Part shown: piece after piece, positions 1 through 12,884 of the stretch
How the letters are laid out: every line of letters starts with the position of its first letter
Numbering within the stretch: position 1 is the stretch's first letter
Assembly: GCA_047967505.1 (NCBI GenBank)
Contig: CM106538.1
Direction: 5' to 3' (one strand)
DNA from: Dipteris shenzhenensis
Taxonomy: Eukaryota
Length of the DNA: 64,000 bases
Program-made: the position numbers and the translations under genes
The notes under the pieces: model-generated
The model's input: the letters and a program-made list of their open reading frames with translations, nothing else
Database searches by the model: none
Told to the model about the DNA's origin: nothing

Positions 1-495
1 CAAATCAGGGACCACAAGCATGAGATTTCCCTGCAGGTAATGGTTGCTGCAGATGGTTCATCATCGCAAGGAGTGCAGAATTGTCATGACAATGCTGTAT
101 TTTCATCTACCAATGTTTGATTTGGTGAGACTCAAACTAAATGTCGTCAAATCAAAGAGCCCAAGAAGAGTCACACCTCTCATAAAAGACCTTAGGACCC
201 AAAAGATGGAGAGATTCCATAGGGAGAAGGATCCTACTTTTCTTCGTTTATTTCTTGTATGTGTAGGCTTGCTTATTTCTTTGGCCATTGATACCAAAAT
301 CAAAATCAAAGAAGTAAAACTAGAAGGTCCTCATAAGAAGGAGGTCCTCGAGGTTGGTCAAGGTTGGTGAACTGGAGAAAGGTCCTCATGAGGGTAAGGT
401 CCTCATAGTGTGGGGAAGGTTATTGTTAGCCCTCTCTACTCTGAAGACTAACTCGAAACGCACTACTGCGACAGATTTACATGCGTAATCGGACT

Positions 496-2850
496 TCAGA
501 ACTGCGTATGAAAATTCATAGAGTAGAACAGTGATCGACAGAGCAACACCCCTCCCACACGGCTGTTCTCCAGTGTTACGGAAATTACCGGGACCGCTTC
601 GTCAAAAACAGGAGGCTGTACTTCCGCTTCAGGCTTTGCAGATCCGTCGGACGACACTTCCATTGTTACCGCTTCCATCTCCGACTCCATCGCCCTGACT
701 GGTTCCGTCAATTGTTTGATGAGAGAACTCCGGAAATTGGGTACCAATGCTAACAATTGCTCCATTGTCATGTGTATTTGCTGTTTCCGCAAATCCTGCC
801 ATAAATCATATGGTTCAACACCCTCCTCGCCAGTCATCAGGCTGTCCTTCTGACTGGTAGGTAGACAAGTCGCTTCTGGCTGCTCTCCTTGCAGGCGCCT
901 TGCCACCTTCGCACCATTCTCTGTCACCGAGACTGCCTTTTCCGTGCTCGGCCTAGGTAACACCGTTGGGGTTTTCTGGACCCATTCACCGACCGTCGAC
1001 CGCACCTTTTGTTGTGCCTGCCAGTCCAACGCCGTAGGTCTCCCCTTCTCTTGCGGGGCCTTGTATTCCCGCACCTTTTCCTGGGATCGTGTGACCACGA
1101 GCACATCTCCGATCGCACTTCCTCCCACTTTGCCTTCAACAGGGACACCCGCCGGTACTTCCGGTACTTCTTCGGACTTTGGACTAGGCTCCTTGCTATC
1201 CTGTTGCTGACTGGCATCATCGCATTCGATAATCAGAACCGCATTTACTGCTGGTGCGGACTTGCCTTCTCCGGATCCCCGGGTTGCTTCCCTTTCCGCC
1301 TTGTGGCGCTTAAATAATTCGCAATCTACCTTTCGATGTCCGGGTTGATTGCAATAAAAACATAGGAACGTCCGTTCCCCTGCTGGTTCATCTGCACCTG
1401 TTCCAGCCGTTCTCGGCCGCCAAGGTCTTTTCGCCGGTGCGGCTGGTACCGCGGCTGGTGCTGCGGCTGGTGCTGCGGCTGGTGCCGCAACTACCGCCGC
1501 CACCGCTGGTGTCGGGGCTATTCGTGCGTTATAGCGGCAGATCTCCGTGGTATGCGTCGCTGTTTGGCAAATCGCACACCACCGCTCATTCAAACCGCAT
1601 TCCTCTGCTAAGTGTCCTGCATTCCGGCACCGATTACACCAAGTATCCTTGCGAACTTTTGAAGAGGACCCTATTCCACTATCCCGGCTTTTGGCTCCAG
1701 CAGCAGATCCTTCCGGAAATAACTTCCCTGCCGCTTTTCCAGCCTTCCGCCTCATGGAACGTTTGTCCTCCTCCTCATCCGACTGATCCGACTCCTCCTC
1801 ATTATCGGTATCGGAGTCTCCCTCAGCCTCCTCATACTTCACTTTTCCTTTCCTTCCCTTGGAAGTAAACAGAACTTGTTCCGCCCTCACCGCTGCTTGG
1901 ACGACTTCTTCCAATGAAAGAGCTTCCAGATCCAACGATGCCAGGGACCTTTTCAATCCTTTATTCAGCCCCTCCATGAAGTAAGCATTTTGAATGGGGA
2001 CTGCCGGGGTAGTTGCTGCATCGAGGCGGCGGATCAACGACCGAAACCTGGCCGCATACGCCTCCACTTCTTGGTTCTTCTGTTCCAGTTTCCCCAGTTT
2101 GGCCAGGACATGAACACGGGTCTTGTCCTCCCGAAACCGGAGCAAAAAGGCATCCCGCAGTAGATCAAACGTGGCGAAATGGGTAGCTCCATATTGCGCG
2201 ATCCATACTGCCGCCTGCTTCTGCAGTGTCGGGATGAAAGTCGCCATCTTCATAAGATCTGTCGCCTGCACTGGTGGAGCCGTATTCACCATCCATGCCA
2301 TCTCAAATGACAGTATATGTGCATCCGCATCCTCCTTATCCCGTCCCGAAAACTTGGGGTACTTCACCGTCATCCTGGGTACCAGTGGTGGAATAGCCGC
2401 GCTACTTACCGCCGGAACTCCACCCCCGCCTCCGCCTCCACCGCCTCCACCTCCCCTACCGGGATCTGGTGACGGACCTGGGGCTCCGCTTCCTGCAGGC
2501 ACACCACCCCCCCGTCTCCTGGGACTCGGTGGTGGGGAATTCCGCAACGGTGACGCTTCGTCTTCCGGAGGAGTACTTGTTAAATCGAACGGGCTACTGC
2601 GTCCGGAGGATTCGCCTTCCTCCTGAACACCGGAAACGACTGGACCTTCCTCTCCTGGGATCAGCGGAGGTGTGTCAGAGCGGCTACTACTCTCACTATC
2701 CGTGAAGAAGCCGAAGAGAAGATCACGTTGAGCCACATATCTGTCATGCCGTTCCTCGCGGGTTGTACGTGCCGATACTGGAGTTGCAGGCTGCCGAGGC
2801 CGTTCCGGAGAGCGCGATGTTCCCCCTGGCGCACTCCCAGCGTCATTCAT
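496..2850 (-). CDS. gag: Gypsy Gag polyprotein with three CCHC zinc knuckles, truncated just before the protease active site
   Basis: YPKFSG..DADAHI capsid-like start; CNRCRNAGHLAEEC, CAICQTATHTTEIC, CFYCNQPGHRKVDC; ends ...RVGGVLL and then reads into LTR sequence. Confidence 0.88.
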   Translation of the reverse strand: MNDAGSAPGGTSRSPERPRQPATPVSARTTREERHDRYVAQRDLLFGFFTDSESSSRSDTPPLIPGEEGPVVSGVQEEGESSGRSSPFDLTSTPPEDEASPLRNSPPPSPRRRGGGVPAGSGAPGPSPDPGRGGGGGGGGGGGGVPAVSSAAIPPLVPRMTVKYPKFSGRDKEDADAHILSFEMAWMVNTAPPVQATDLMKMATFIPTLQKQAAVWIAQYGATHFATFDLLRDAFLLRFREDKTRVHVLAKLGKLEQKNQEVEAYAARFRSLIRRLDAATTPAVPIQNAYFMEGLNKGLKRSLASLDLEALSLEEVVQAAVRAEQVLFTSKGRKGKVKYEEAEGDSDTDNEEESDQSDEEEDKRSMRRKAGKAAGKLFPEGSAAGAKSRDSGIGSSSKVRKDTWCNRCRNAGHLAEECGLNERWCAICQTATHTTEICRYNARIAPTPAVAAVVAAPAAAPAAAPAAVPAAPAKRPWRPRTAGTGADEPAGERTFLCFYCNQPGHRKVDCELFKRHKAEREATRGSGEGKSAPAVNAVLIIECDDASQQQDSKEPSPKSEEVPEVPAGVPVEGKVGGSAIGDVLVVTRSQEKVREYKAPQEKGRPTALDWQAQQKVRSTVGEWVQKTPTVLPRPSTEKAVSVTENGAKVARRLQGEQPEATCLPTSQKDSLMTGEEGVEPYDLWQDLRKQQIHMTMEQLLALVPNFRSSLIKQLTEPVRAMESEMEAVTMEVSSDGSAKPEAEVQPPVFDEAVPVISVTLENSRVGGVLLCRSLFYSMNFHTQF

Positions 2851-2940
2851 GCGCTAGTCCACGCACCGAGGAATCAGAGTATTACAGATGGGGAGCATCC
2901 AACCTCTCCGGGGTATCCACCGCGACAAACATGGAAATCT

Positions 2941-2953
2941 TCCGTGGTCGCCA
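2941..2953 (-). promoter_or_regulatory. Primer binding site (TGGCGACCACGGA, tRNA-Arg-like)
   Basis: Starts with TGG 3 nt inside the LTR on the minus strand; the tRNA identity is inferred. Confidence 0.7.
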
Positions 2954-2956
2954 AAG

Positions 2957-3445
2957 TGTTAGCCCTCTCTACTCTGAAGACTAACTCGAAACGCACTACT
3001 GCGACAGATTTACATGCGTAATCGGACTTCAGAACTGCGTATGAAAATTCATAGAGTAGAACAGTGATCGACAGAATCATTCATGATAAAACAATAAGGT
3101 AGATGCAATAGAATCTCTGTATTACATTTCTCCGAGCAGTACAACACCGTACTCTCTGATACATAACACTGATCCTTGCTCCGATCCTCATCAATGAGCC
3201 CCAATGATCCCCAATGAGCCCCAATGAGCCCCCTGAATGATCGCTCTCTTCTCTCTTATCTAACCGGCACACATAACTCCTTCACGGTTGCCGTGACGGT
3301 TGCCGTGCCTATTCAGTTCTCCGCCTAGTCCTAGAACTTCCGTCTTTTCATATCCCACTATAAACTAGATACAACGTATTAATGATAATAATCTAAGGAC
3401 TCCCCCCCTAGTTCCTCTTTGCTGTTGCTGCTTTTGCCCTTTACA
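2957..3445 (-). repeat. 5' LTR of the Gypsy element
   Basis: TGTTAG...TTTACA; its first ~119 bp are repeated at 424-542; PBS is adjacent. Confidence 0.88.
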
Positions 3446-4399
3446 GTTATTGAAGTGGGGAAGGTCCTCATGATGGTGCATGATAGTGAGGCATGGTCAA
3501 AAGGTCCTCATTGAGATTTGGGGCCCAAAGTGAGGGAAAGGGTCCCAATTGGGATTGGTGAGTGACATTGGGGTGTGGGGGAGGGGCAGGAGGGCGGGGA
3601 TGACTCACTGAGGAGTATCATACTGTTGAGGGTATCAATGAGGGGGTCTAGAAAAAAAGGAAGGGGGGGGGAGGGGATGGGGGGGTTGTGTCAGAGGGGA
3701 AAGACACAATGAGGGGAGGATAAGGGGTGGAAGGCCTCAATGAGTAGGAGAGCTCAAAATGCAGAGATATGGAGAAGGAGGCGAATAGTCAAGAGTAGAG
3801 GGTGTGAGAAGGGGAACTCAAAGGGGATGGGTTGAGTGGGAGGCAGTGCACATAAGGCAAAAGGGCGGTGCCTATAGAGGGTAAAGGAGAGGGTAATGGC
3901 GGCAAGATAAAGGAAAGGGTGCACATCAAAGAGAACACCTATATGAGGGAGGGAAGAGGGTAATGGAGGCAAGATAAAGGAAAGGGTGCACATCAAAGAG
4001 AACACCTATATGAGGGAGGGAACACACGTGAGAGAGAGTGTGAAACGATGCAAGTGAGGGAAGCCCACGTGAGGGAAATGTGGACCCCTTTCTATGAGAT
4101 GGCTTGTCCTTGATGGATAAATCACCCCCCCTTTCCTCTTCTCATTTGATCTGATTAGATGGTAGTTTAGATTGTTTAAGGTCTCTTCATGACATCCTCT
4201 TGCCTGACCCAATCACCCTCGACTTCTATCTCATTTAGGTTGATGTGTTTTTCCAAGGATGAAGGTACTTCAAAAGCCATCTCTTTTGGAATTCCCTCTA
4301 AACATACTATAAATGTGGAGATCTGGTTCTTCTAGGGACACCTCTACAAGTTCCACCTAGTTAACTCCCACCACGTCACTATGAGTCAATCAAATACAT

Positions 4400-7100
4400 T
4401 AGACTAGGTATCCAGTTAGCAGTCCACTACTCCATCAATCCCAATGCCTTCTGTAGTCATTCTTGGATTCAATTCTACACCACTTGGGCACTCCATTCTT
4501 GTCTATCATTGCACATTTTAGAAGCTCCCCCTCACTCCATTGGCACTTGCATTATCAAGGGAACACCTCAAGCATGCCACAGCCATAAGGTACCATGAGT
4601 TGGTCTGATCCCCAATCAAGGATCCCCTAGGCCACTCTTACCGGATGGCCAATGAGTAAGAGATAGTGGGATCTTTTCATCTCCATCATGGTGAAATTCA
4701 TAATGAATGTTAATCCATTAAGTTGTGCCTCCTTGACTAGCCCAAGGGCTCACATTGTCCTTTGATTTGTAGGCCAAAGCACAAAAGCATAAGCATTGGA
4801 TATGGGTAGTCCCATCCTCTCCCTAGTTGCCTCTGGGAGTACGTTCACCCCCGATCCACCATCCACAATCACAACCTTGATAAGGAACCCTTCTAGAAAA
4901 ATTGTGAGCTTCAAGGCATGAGCATCAACCACTTTACATCCAAGGAGACACACACCCATAGTTTCTTAAGGTGGCAAAAAGATCATGTCCCTTATCATCT
5001 TGTTTGTCTTGCCCAAGGGATCTTGGTGTCCCAATTTCTAGTCAAAGGAGATAAACACTTGTTGACTTTTCAGCGCATAGAACTGAGGGAGAGTTATTTG
5101 TAGCCGTGTACTATTAGGGGAGACTTCCACTCATCCCTCTATTTTTCTTCCTGAGCTTTCCTTCTTCTTTATGTGATTCTTTGTTGATCATTGAGTTCCA
5201 CCTGCCCCAAGGTGGATTAGGGAAGGACCATGCCTATGGGAGGGATAGCTCTTGGGAAGGGGGGCTCACTTGGATGGGGAAGCTCATATCATAATCGATG
5301 TCCTTGGTTTTCCTCTAACCAAAAGCCCTCAAGATTGGATACCATGAGGGGAGTTCTAAGCAAGAGGGACGGGAGCCCCAAATTATGAGGCTCCTAACTC
5401 TACGAATCCTTCCAAGAAAGCATACTCTACCATCAGTTTGTTGGGGGGTTGAGGATGTAGGAGATGAAAGGCTAGAATCTTGATGTGCTATGTCTTGGAT
5501 CCTAGTGATTGCAGCCACTAAAGTGGGGTCTAGGACTCCTTCCAACACTCCTATAAAATTGGTAGAATGGTTGGATGGGCTAGGGGTACCAAGGAGGGAT
5601 TGGATGGTTGATTGATTGTGAACTTTGGGTAATCCTTTGTTTGATGATCCTTCATATCAGGGCGATTTTTGCAGCGTGTAATGATCCTACATATCAAGGC
5701 AATTTCTACAAGGTGGAGATCCTTTAATCATGAGGCATCTACTCTAGAAATGCTCATACTCATTGCATTTAATGTTCATTATGGGGCCTATGAGAAGTGG
5801 ATGAAGTTGTATTAGCATACATTTGCAGAGTAAGAGTTGGCACATAGCCAAGACTATGGACATATGCAGGAGGGGCAAAAGGGGCTTCGTGGGGAGTATA
5901 ATCAATGATGAAGCTTGTTGAGAATAGGGGAAGGAACTAGGGAGGTATGTTGGTGTAGCAAGAAAGTGTAAAAAGGAGAAAATGTTTGAAGGAATGAGGA
6001 AGAGGTACGAGGGTGCATAGCATTTACCATGTAATCCTCTACAAAGGGGTCATTCCCAGTTGCTCTTCCTCTTCGCATTTTTTCCATTCCCTTGAGGTAG
6101 TAACAGTCACCGTTGTCATGCCCAAGGAACTCACAGAAAGAGCAATACTTCTTGTTGGGGCACTTCGAGGCCACAAGAGAAAATGATGTGCAAAATGAGC
6201 ACCAAGTTGCAACATTCTAGGCCTTCTTAAGTTCTTCTAGATCTCTCTTGATTTGGGCCACCTCATGGCCTTTTTCCCTTTGGCACAACTCTTCCATATC
6301 ATTCTTGAGTTGAGTCGATTCCTTATCTTTTGCTCTATGTTGGTATAGCTCTTCCATTTATTTCTTGAGATGAGTGACCTAATCATTAGGGGTGCATGCT
6401 GTAGGGGTTGCCACCATTAAGAAGACTCATTTAGACACGATATGTGATCCATGGCAATCACTCTGTGGGGATTTTTAAATTCAAGGGACTTACCGACCAT
6501 TTGCAAACAAGAGGGGATGAAAAAATAGTTATCTAATATTATTTGATATGTACATTTTGAGGAGGGTACTTGTAAATTCAAAATTACAACATTTATACAC
6601 ATGAAAGAGGGATAAATTTTTTTGAAAAAAAAAGAAATATTTTGACGATGGGTAAATTTTACATGTGTGCTTCGCACATGTGAGGGTGGCCATCTAGGAA
6701 AGGGTCTCTCATATCTTTCTTTGAGTCTTAGGTGGTAGTGCCTTCATGACCCACCCCTTGATGAGTACTATACTTGGATCAATGGATCTAGTCGAGCTAA
6801 AAGGACTTTGACTCTAGTGACCAAATCGGCTACCATCTTCATTGGGCCCATGTTTAAGGAATAGAACTCTGAATGATGACATCATATAAATTGCATTCTC
6901 CAAATGTCCTAAAGAAAGCTTCCTTAAGGTCATCACAAGTGAGGAAATGCCGCGAGTCATAAAATGGCTATACCAATTATCAACCTCTTCTTCCAAATTG
7001 GAGGTGAAGAGAAAAAGATGCATGCCTCCCCTTTCCACCCCCTTGAATTTACATGCATGAAGCTATGGATATGGCTATTGTTGTCCTTTGTCAAGGTGCC
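4400..7100 (-). pseudogene. Old degenerate Gypsy gag/protease remnants
   Basis: Fragments VIVDGGSGVNVLPE (aspartic protease, 4750-4959), CSFCEFLGHDNGDC (zinc knuckle, 5902-6174) and LEEEVDNWY (gag, 6814-7038), with many stops. Boundaries are approximate. Confidence 0.72.
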
Positions 7101-9697
7101 TTTGACTTTGAAATCCTAGTCAATAACCCCCACAAGAAGTTGTCTTAGTGTTTCCATTGGCAGAAGAGGCAGTGAAGGAGAAGGATGTGAAGAGAAGTTG
7201 AGGTGGCTCAATGTGGAGGGTCTCAAGTGAATAATATAATCACTCTCATAAGCAAAAGACCATGGGTATTTAATTTTGGAAGAAAGCAATAGGAGTAAAT
7301 CAAGAATCCAAAGCTGCGGATGAAAGCAGGACAAATAGTTGCACTATATGCATGTTATTGCTTCGACAACAATTGGCAATTTCTCTTGTCACTGAGAAGA
7401 TACAATCAAGCATACAAGAATTGTGATGAGATGACCAAGGCATCTCTAGATACATCTTTCATCCTGCTTCTTACTTTTTACTCATGTCTCTGCTAAAAGT
7501 TATGGGTCTTTGTGTCTTATGATAGTTTGGAGAGTGTTTTGAGCTAAGTGTAAAGGTGTCTTTGAAGGAGGTGCAATGTTTCCTCGGAACCTACCCATCC
7601 GACCCAATCATCCCCTTCAAAATCCTTGATATATATCAGTTCATGTCATGTTGAGCTATAAGATCTTCTTTCAACAACGTATCACTCTTCTCTTTGGCGC
7701 AGATCTCGGCTTGCTGAGATTATGGCCTCTGCTGATCCTTTCCTTCTCCCTATGCTTGAGTACAACATCACTTGGGAGTTACCATCTTCATTCTCATCTA
7801 AGGGAGGATAGTATGGGGTGGTCTCTTGGTATAAAAGCTTCTTTTTAATGTCCCCTTCCCAATGATGAATATCTCTATCACTCAGTTCAAAAGCAGTAGG
7901 AAGTGAAGAGGTGCGTGAAGTTTATTTCCCCCAACTTCATGTCACAATGGGCACTTAAACAACCAAGGACTTTGGCACATGGGCCTCAACTAGGGCTCAA
8001 CCACATGAGCCTCACCATAGTCACAAACATGTATGAGAGAAAACATGAAATCCAAGTCATCCAAGGAGATTTAGACCTCCTAATCCATGTACATGAGAAA
8101 TCAAAAACTTTTTCATTTTACATCCTCTCCCTAGTCCTTTTTTGTTTTAGAGCATTCATATTCCATAGTCCCCTTTTGTTGAGGCTAACATAAATTTGTA
8201 GTTATGCGATGGCATACTTTTTAGTACTTCTATTTGATGTGGCCATTTTGACAACTATATTGATGAGAAACTTTTTATAGCTAGTTTGAGGTTATGTTTG
8301 ATGGTTTGTTTCATTTTCTTTGATATCCAGAATGGACTAGGGTGTTTTGGGGTGGTGTGTTTGGTGTTGAAATTTTTTTGTATTCTTACCTATTTCAGGG
8401 TGAAGAAACCTTCATAAAAGCCAATATGTTTGGTCTTTAGGAATTTATAAAGCTCACAAGGATGCAACTCAAAAAAAGTAAGTTGTAGTTATGCTTAACA
8501 AATATTGATGTTGTCTTGGTAACAGATATTGTTGATTATGATAAACAAATCTTGATGCTGCATTAGTAATGAGGAAAGTGGGGTTTTAATAGGATACAAA
8601 CACAAGTGGCTTGGAATCCGTTTCCTATCCATAATGTTGGGAGATAAATACATCACGAATATAATACATGCTTAAAATATAATATAAAGTCTAACCCCAT
8701 GCGTCGACTTTTTGAATTCATAAAGAAAATGAAATGGAATAGTACACCTTCACATCACAAGTACAGAATTTTGGGTTTTGCTACCTATAGAATACATAGG
8801 GCTCGCTAGATAGAATAGGAAAACTTACCTTCATCAACATAAAGTCACATGGAGTAGCATACAAGTGGTCTTCAAGAATTTAGGATCCAAAATCTTTTCT
8901 AGTTAAATGAGTTAACATTGAAATGCTAGCTTCTCATTGTTGGAGGGGTGATCCTTGTAGGACTGGAACCAAAGACTAAGGTTTGTAGACTACTCACGAT
9001 TGGTTGATTCATGTTGGTTGACACTTGATCATTGGACCGTGCAAGTGATCAAGTGTGATTGGAGAATCAAGCAGGACGTGGACACTTGGCAGTTCAAGAG
9101 AAAGAACTAGATGTTGCATGGAGGCAGTGATCGGGTGACAATGATCCTTGATGATTACAAAAGACTTCACGTCGATTTGATATGTCCTTTTGTTATGATC
9201 AGGAGCATGAGAGCCTTGAGGTCGGAGTCTGATAGATAGTCCTCTATTGTGCAGCTATTCATTAGTATACTAGGGTCGATAGTCGAGTCTTCTTGTCTTG
9301 TATTAAAACAACAAGCTCGATAGAGTTGAGGGGTAGATTTTGATTGAATAAAGGGATTGCTTGTGTGATCTATTTCACCTTCATATGATCGTGTCACAAG
9401 ATTATCTATTGAGTGTTTCTTTCTTAGTTTATGTGAAGAGTGAATCTCACAAGAAAAGGATTGTCTATTCACTTTGATTTCCAACATTTGGTATCAAAGC
9501 ACGGTCACGAGGATCCAGAGGAGAAGAATTCATGAGGAGAGTTAGAAGACTCAGCTCTGGTAGTCTTAATATCAACGATCGTGTGCTAGTGTGGAAGACA
9601 AAGAGGCTAAGGAGTAAAGTACATCATCATTCCAAAGCTCCTTTAGAAGTATTAGCAACTGTATGCTCTCAGTTGTTGCTCAAATCAGTTGGGAGCA

Positions 9698-10400
9698 TGG
9701 AATCACTGAAGAAGACAGAGACATCTATCATCAAGTTCATTGCTAGGAACTTTGCGAGTTGGCAGCTATGAGCCAAACTATGGTTCATGCAGAAGGGCTT
9801 GTGGGAGATTGTGTCCAGGTCAGAGAAGGAGCCGACAATTGGAGAAGTAGAGAAGCGATCGTGGAAGAAGAACAACGACAAAGCAATTGGTATGATGGGA
9901 CGAGCTCTAGGAGAGGAATACTTTCATCATCTTGAGATTATAATGTCAGCAGCAGCAAACTGGTCAATTGTAGAAGCACTATTCGGAACAAAAATGCGTC
10001 ATTCAAAAGCAACTATATGGTCTGCGTATGAGGTCTGCGTATGAGCGACAACGAAGATATGGCAACCTTTTTGAATCGTATGCAAGCACTCTTGAAGCAA
10101 CTTCAAGGAGTTGGTGCCAAAGTTGAGAAAGATGATCAGAAGGCAATACTCTTGAAAAGTTTTCCTTCTAGGTTCAATGAGATAGCACAGATTCTGAGGA
10201 TGGATGATGAAGCCGATTTTGTCAGCTATGTGGGACTTCTCATGAGTGAAGAAAAGAGGGAGTAGGATCTCTATGGCGGCGACACTACATTTTCTATAAA
10301 GATAGGAGAAATACAGAAAGAGACACTCGTGCATGTTATTACTGTGGTAAGCCTAGCCACATTGAAAGGCTCTATGTTAAGAAATAGAAATACGAGGGAG
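9698..10400 (+). pseudogene. gag: Copia gag pseudogene
   Basis: NFASWQL..MQKGLWEIV..WKKNNDKAIG, MSDNEDMATFLNR..AILLKSFPSRF and a decayed knuckle (CYYCGKP); frameshifts and stops. Confidence 0.8.
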
Positions 10401-11079
10401 CAAGAAAAGAAAAATATAAAGCTTGCATAACCAAGGAGACAACAGCAGAGAAGATAGTCGGACTAGTGAGTGATGATATGCCAGCAGACCAGGACTGGGC
10501 ATTCTGATGATTCTATAGCTTGGCTACAATGCCGACCACTAGGCTTTGATGCTTGGAAGGATCTATGTGATTGAGCTACGATGCTCAGGAGTGTGTTGTG
10601 TGGACTGTGATGACCTTTGTTTCATGAAGCTATGAGGTTTTGATTTTGTCTGAGTGGTTAGTTGTAATGGTGACAAGTCTGATAGGAATGAGCCAAAATT
10701 TTTGTTGTGATTTACTGTTGACTCCCTATTCAGATTAAGGAGGGTGTTGGAGGGGTGATCCGTGTAGGAGTGGTAGCAAAGAATAAGGTTTAGAGACTGC
10801 TCATGATTGGTTGATGTGTGTAGGTTGACACTTGGTCATTGGACCGTGCAAGTGATCAAGCATGATTGGAGAATCAAGCAAGACATGGACACTTGACAGT
10901 TCAAGAGAAAGAACTAAACGTTACATGGAGGCGGTGATCGAGTGGCGGTTATCCTTGACGATTACAAAAGACTTCATGTCAACTTGATATGTCCTTTTGT
11001 TGTGATCACGAGCCTGAGAGCCATGAGGTCAGAGTTTGATAGATAGTCCTTTGTTGTGCAGCTGTTCATCAGTATACTC

Positions 11080-11870
11080 TACTTGGAAAGCAACTTGGAC
11101 CTCTCAACTTGTCAAGTTTATCATCAAGGATGTAACTCTCCCCCACTAGTAGGATAAACTTATAGGACTCTCATCCACCCAATAGAAAAGACCTTATAGG
11201 TATCCTTCTCATTTAGCTCATCACTCAATACCAGACCACATGTAGATGCACATTTTTTACATTTACTATGTAATTTTTTGACTAAACATGTGGTGATGTA
11301 AATGGAGTGTAAATGGTATTTTGCATTTCAACTCCATTTAAACATCAAACAATCTACTACACAATTTAAATACTACGTAGTAGTAGTGGTGGTGGTGGTG
11401 CCTTGGTGGTGGTGGTGGTGGTGGTAGTAGTAGTAGTAAATGCCTTCCTCCCTAAGCTTCATTTGAAGTAACCAATATGAGTCACTGACATTTAAAGTGG
11501 GAGCCTTACAAGAAACATCAATTAACCCCTTAATAAGACCTTAAAGAAAAAAAAACACTTAAGAAGACCTAAAAACTATGCCATTTTATGAAAAGAGTTG
11601 CACCTTAGTTTTTAAACAACACAATTTATTTGCAAAAAAGCTTCCCAAAATGATCTTAAACAAATAACATATTGTGAATTCATAGCATTCCATATTTGCA
11701 AGCTCAAAAGAAATGTAGTCATTGGGCTTGAAAAATGCATTGTTTCTTCCAAGCTTAGAATGTCTTGAAAAATTAATGTATCTCATCATGAGTCTGTCTA
11801 GTACAAAAGAGTTCAACTTTACCTTATCAACATACATGTATCGAGCATGTATGCAAGAAAAGCCTTAATT
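11080..11870. repeat. Dispersed non-coding repeat, unclassified
   Basis: Collinear similarity to 49920-50410 and 50795-51640 (CTACTTGGAAAGCAAC, TTATCATCAAGGATGTAACTCTCC, CCAATATGAGTCA, TTGGGCTTGAAAAATGCAT). Confidence 0.75.
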
Positions 11871-12884
11871 TTTATTTTCCCTTATTGTATAGGTTCTATG
11901 CACCACCATGAGTCATGAAATACTAACTTTTTTGTGGTTAATGGCTTTACTTTACAAGCATGTCAGCATGCAACGAGTGTTGGAAATCAGAGTGAATAGA
12001 CAATCCTTTGCTTGTGAGATTCACTCTTCACATAAACTAAGAAAGAAACGCTCAATAGATAATCTCGTGACACGATCAAATGAAGGCGAAATACATCACA
12101 CAATTAATCCCTTTATTCAATCAAAATCTACGCCTCAACTCTACCAAGTTTGTTGGCTTAATACAAGACTAGAAGACTCGACTATCGAACTCGTGACTTG
12201 AAAGTTTACAAAATGACAAGGTCAAGGTTGCCTTCCAAGTAATTTGATCGTGCAGCAAATACGGGCAAGAAAAGGCACTTCAAGAGCTTCTTGCCACCAA
12301 TTTAGGAGATAAAAATCATCACAACATCGTGAAACAAGGCAACAATAAGCATGGATATCGAAGCTCCACCATCTTCACATCATGAGAGCAAAGTACTATG
12401 TTCTACCACATAGGAAGTATGGTTGTTTTCTCCTAGCACAACACACGAAGGAATAGGGATGCTATCTTGCTCATGGCATCCCCCTCATTGGTCTCAAATT
12501 TTCAACTAAAAACTTCTTGCAATTCTCTAGCTAAAGCTTTGTGCAGCAACCTTTAGGGCAGTGTTCACGAAAAGAAACAAAGGTTTAATATTGGGTGAAT
12601 GGCAAATTTTGTAAATCAACCTTTAAATTTGAAAATGTAAGGCCTACAAATTTCAAGGCATTTTAGTTACAGTTTTCTTTAGAACCTTGAAAATTTCGAT
12701 AAATTCCTTTAAATTTTCAACTTAAAGTTAAAAAAACAAGGTGAATGATATTTAATCATTGATAAGGCCTACCCAAAATCAAAAAAGTAAACAAAAAGGA
12801 ATCCACTAGAAATGGTGTGGAGGAAGCTTGAAGGAGATAAAGGGGGGGAAGAGAGAGAGAGAGAGAGAAGGGAGGAGGGGGTGG

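Larger units (their letters stand above)
424..3445 (-). mobile_element. Ty3/Gypsy (Tat/Ogre-like) LTR retrotransposon, internally deleted
   Basis: TG...CA ends with a GTTAT 5-bp TSD (419-423, 3446-3450). Full LTR at 2957-3445; only about 119 bp of the other LTR remains (424-542, identical to 2957-3075). PBS and gag ORF on the minus strand. Confidence 0.9.
8938..12188 (+). mobile_element. Non-autonomous gag-only Copia-type LTR element whose 3' LTR is split by an inversion
   Basis: 5' LTR 8938-9486 (TG..CA), PBS TGGTATCAAAGC 9489-9500, gag remnants, PPT ~10732-10744. The 3' LTR runs 10745-~11079 and its remainder is reversed at 11978-~12188. Confidence 0.82.
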
